A DNA stretch of 64,000 nucleotides. Source: Diadema antillarum (Eukaryota). The translations under genes and the position numbers were made by a program. Below the pieces are notes generated by a model, which was not told where the DNA came from, did not search any database, and was given only the letters and a program-made list of their open reading frames with translations. Location of the stretch: positions 434,001 through 498,000 of the forward strand of contig NW_027271621.1 in the NCBI RefSeq assembly GCF_040938485.1. Reading direction: 5' to 3'. Below are positions 61,226 to 64,000 of this stretch, piece after piece. Numbering within the stretch: the stretch's first letter is position 1; the number at the start of each line of letters is the position of its first letter.

Positions 61226-61706
61226 CTGTAAAAGTGGTGTCTTTCGCGGTGGTTTTATTTTGCGCGCTTTTCACGCTTTGAGGTTGAATCGCGAATTTAG
61301 CATCACGCGAAAATGTTTTGAAAAGTCACCAAAATTAACCATGCAAGGAAATGTTTTGAACTCGCCGCTTGTTACAACGCTATTGCGCACATGTGCACCC
61401 GAAGATTCCGCGCATTGAGTGTATTGATGGTCAACACACACACAGCGATACCACGCAATGTAGGTACAAACATGTTATAAAGTACTCAAGAGACGGGATT
61501 TCAGGTAACCCTGCATTTAATTTTCATTTCTATGTAATAAATAAAAGAATAATTGGATTATAGGTTGGGTTTTCATGTGCATAATAAAACAGTTTTTGCC
61601 GTCTTTGAATTCACAGATTTTGCCGACCGCGAATTTAAACACGCGAAAAGTCAGCACCGATGGAAACTGCGAAAGTATCTGTATGCAAAAGAAACCACTT
61701 TTACAG
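61226..61706. mobile_element. TA-flanked MITE of the CTGTA group
   Basis: TA|CTGTAAAAGTGGT ... ACCACTTTTACAG|TA. Confidence 0.8.
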
Positions 61707-64000
61707 TATTTGCAATAGATAATATGTTAATTAGTTTAGATGGACAATAACTTGTGCACTCTTCAACATCAATCGTAATGCTGTACAGAATCTCGAACAA
61801 GAAGAAAACTCTACTGCAATTCAAATGCGTATTCATCATGTGTCTGTGCATATGTGCAGTTTGTCAAGAAAAAAAATGTATACATGTATACATATTATAT
61901 TAATATATTCTTGTGTTCTTGCAAGATTTGTGAGGTATGAAATTGTGCAAAAATGTTTTTGCTGTGAACCATTTAGCAGTTTGGTATTGGAAAAGTTGTC
62001 TTGCTGTGGCATTTGTTCTTGTTTTATGGAAAGTTATAAGTGGCTCCTGCAAGATAATGTCTATTACCTCTGTGTATCAAAGGCACCAAAGTAGGGAATT
62101 TGCTGTGAATGTTTTTCTCATCTGCAAACCTTAAAAGCGAAAGCTCTGAAATTAGGTCTAGGACGTTGATATTTTTGATCTTTAATCCAAATAAAAAGTC
62201 TTTTTCTTTACTGGAATAAATTTTCATAGAAACTTTCCCAGATATGTGCAAAAATATTTGAATTAATGATTGATTCCAGTATAAGCATGAGAATTTATTG
62301 CTCATGAATAAGCATAGCTGAACTACTCGATGATAACTGTATTCTGTGAAGTCTGCTAAGATGAGTATGGATAATGTGGAAAGCTGCTATGGTACACAAT
62401 GTTTCTTTCTGAACGAAAACAGGAAAAAAAAATGAAATAGACTCATATGATTTTTGAGATTTTTGGTAGTAATGTGATATTCATCCAAGTTCGAATTCTG
62501 CAGAAAGTGTCATATATTATCTTTTTTAACACAAGTGAGAAAATAGCTAGCAAGCTGTGCAATTTTCTGTCTGCAAATTTCTTTAGCTTCCATTAGGTTT
62601 AATGAGATAAGGCTCCTTTGTAGTAAATTGTTACATTTGTGATTTGTTGGATCAATAATTTTGGGTGCCAGACAAACACTAAGGCAAATTGATTATTTTT
62701 TTGGGCTGGGAAAGAAACCAAAACTTTCTGCCAACTCTGTGCAATTCTGCAGAAATATGAGGTGACAATCAGACATATTTGCATGCACACACATACACAC
62801 ACAAACATACACAACACAAGTATATGCATATTTTAGATTTCATTTCATATGCACTAATGTAAATATGAACATATTATACTGCCATGTGTCATGTTTGATT
62901 TCTTTATGAAACATGCTATTTGTTTTATAATTTTAACCCATTATAGTTGACACGAGCAAGGCCCTTTATGTTATCTTTTACCATCATGATAAAGACATGT
63001 GTTATTTTGAATCACAAGGAGAGCTCAAAAGATTGAAAGATTCAGTCTTGACTTCACAGTGTTTTAGTTTTTAAATTAAACATACTAATTTAACCTTTGA
63101 ACATCAAAGGATCAATTCTCTGGCCCAAAGCTACATTTAGTGTCTTTTTGTTATTGTTAACATGTATCTATTAGTGAAGCGTCAAACCCACATCATTTCA
63201 TTCAAACACATTTGGCCATATCAAACCAAATACAGAAAAAAAAAATTAGTTTCATCATAGATATCAAATTTCACTGCTACAAATGATGTCAGAATATGCA
63301 TTTTTGCACAACTACCACAGAAAAAAAAATCATAATGTGGGACTACACACACATTGCAGACATGACATTAACTCACAATTGTGCAAATATCTTAGCAATG
63401 AAAAGAGGTAGATACATTGGGCAGAAAATTTTGAAAACCTAATCATGAAATGTGAAAAATATTACATTTTTTTCATTTCTTTTTTTGTTTGAACATTGGT
63501 ATTTTTCATTACGAAAATTATGCTTGGCATAAAGTATTGTCATGATGTATAATGAAATTTATCAAAAAGAAATTGTGTTGATGACAATTTTCAATATCTT
63601 TCTGTCAAAATGGTGTATAACACAACACAAAAACTATAAATATATTGATATATTTTTGAAGTTCATATGTTTGAACATGTTGATACCCACACTTTCAGTA
63701 TGAAATACAGACTTCTAGCATGGAAAACATACACATATAAACTTGTATTATTGAAGTTATCCCCACTATGATGGTAATTTTACTATTTGCAAAGAGGAGA
63801 ATGTTCAACAATCAATCTATTTGGAGATTTTTTTTCCTTTGATTAAGTTTTGTCATGTCAAGTCATCAATACAGATATTATATTTCATTCTCTTCTTTTT
63901 TTTTTGTGGGACAAGCAAGTTTGCTACAGGTTTGTTATCAAAATGGGTGATCATTTGTATGTTCCTGCTCTTAGATATACCTTTTGAACATATTAACTTT

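Overview
Eukaryotic, intron-rich, AT-rich metazoan DNA. An invertebrate deuterostome such as an echinoderm is my unverified guess. The window holds two divergently transcribed genes. (1) The 5' half of glucose-6-phosphate dehydrogenase (G6PD) lies on the minus strand: four clear exons at 17996-17916, 3874-3837, 2069-1961 and 491-274, continuing beyond base 1. A candidate far-upstream first coding exon (40171-39944) would add a 76-aa N-terminal extension beginning MGIGASRSRSRR, which fits a myristoylation plus basic-cluster signal. (2) An unidentified plus-strand gene has five frame-compatible exons (44792-59171) whose spliced product looks like a WD40-type beta-propeller; it continues past the window. 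One of its introns contains a complete 7.7-kb Academ DNA transposon (50821-58499) with ~147-bp TIRs, a TAA target-site duplication and an uninterrupted 1545-aa DDE + XPG-like ORF; a MITE-in-MITE is nested in its leader. The remaining intronic DNA is dense in non-autonomous DNA transposons with readable TIRs and TSDs (TA, TTAA, CWG and 4-bp types), plus a decayed CR1/L2-like LINE, SINE-like heads, microsatellites and one 201-bp assembly gap. No rRNA, bona fide tRNA or CRISPR array was seen. Exon and repeat boundaries were read by eye; superfamily assignments of non-autonomous elements rest only on terminus/TSD rules.
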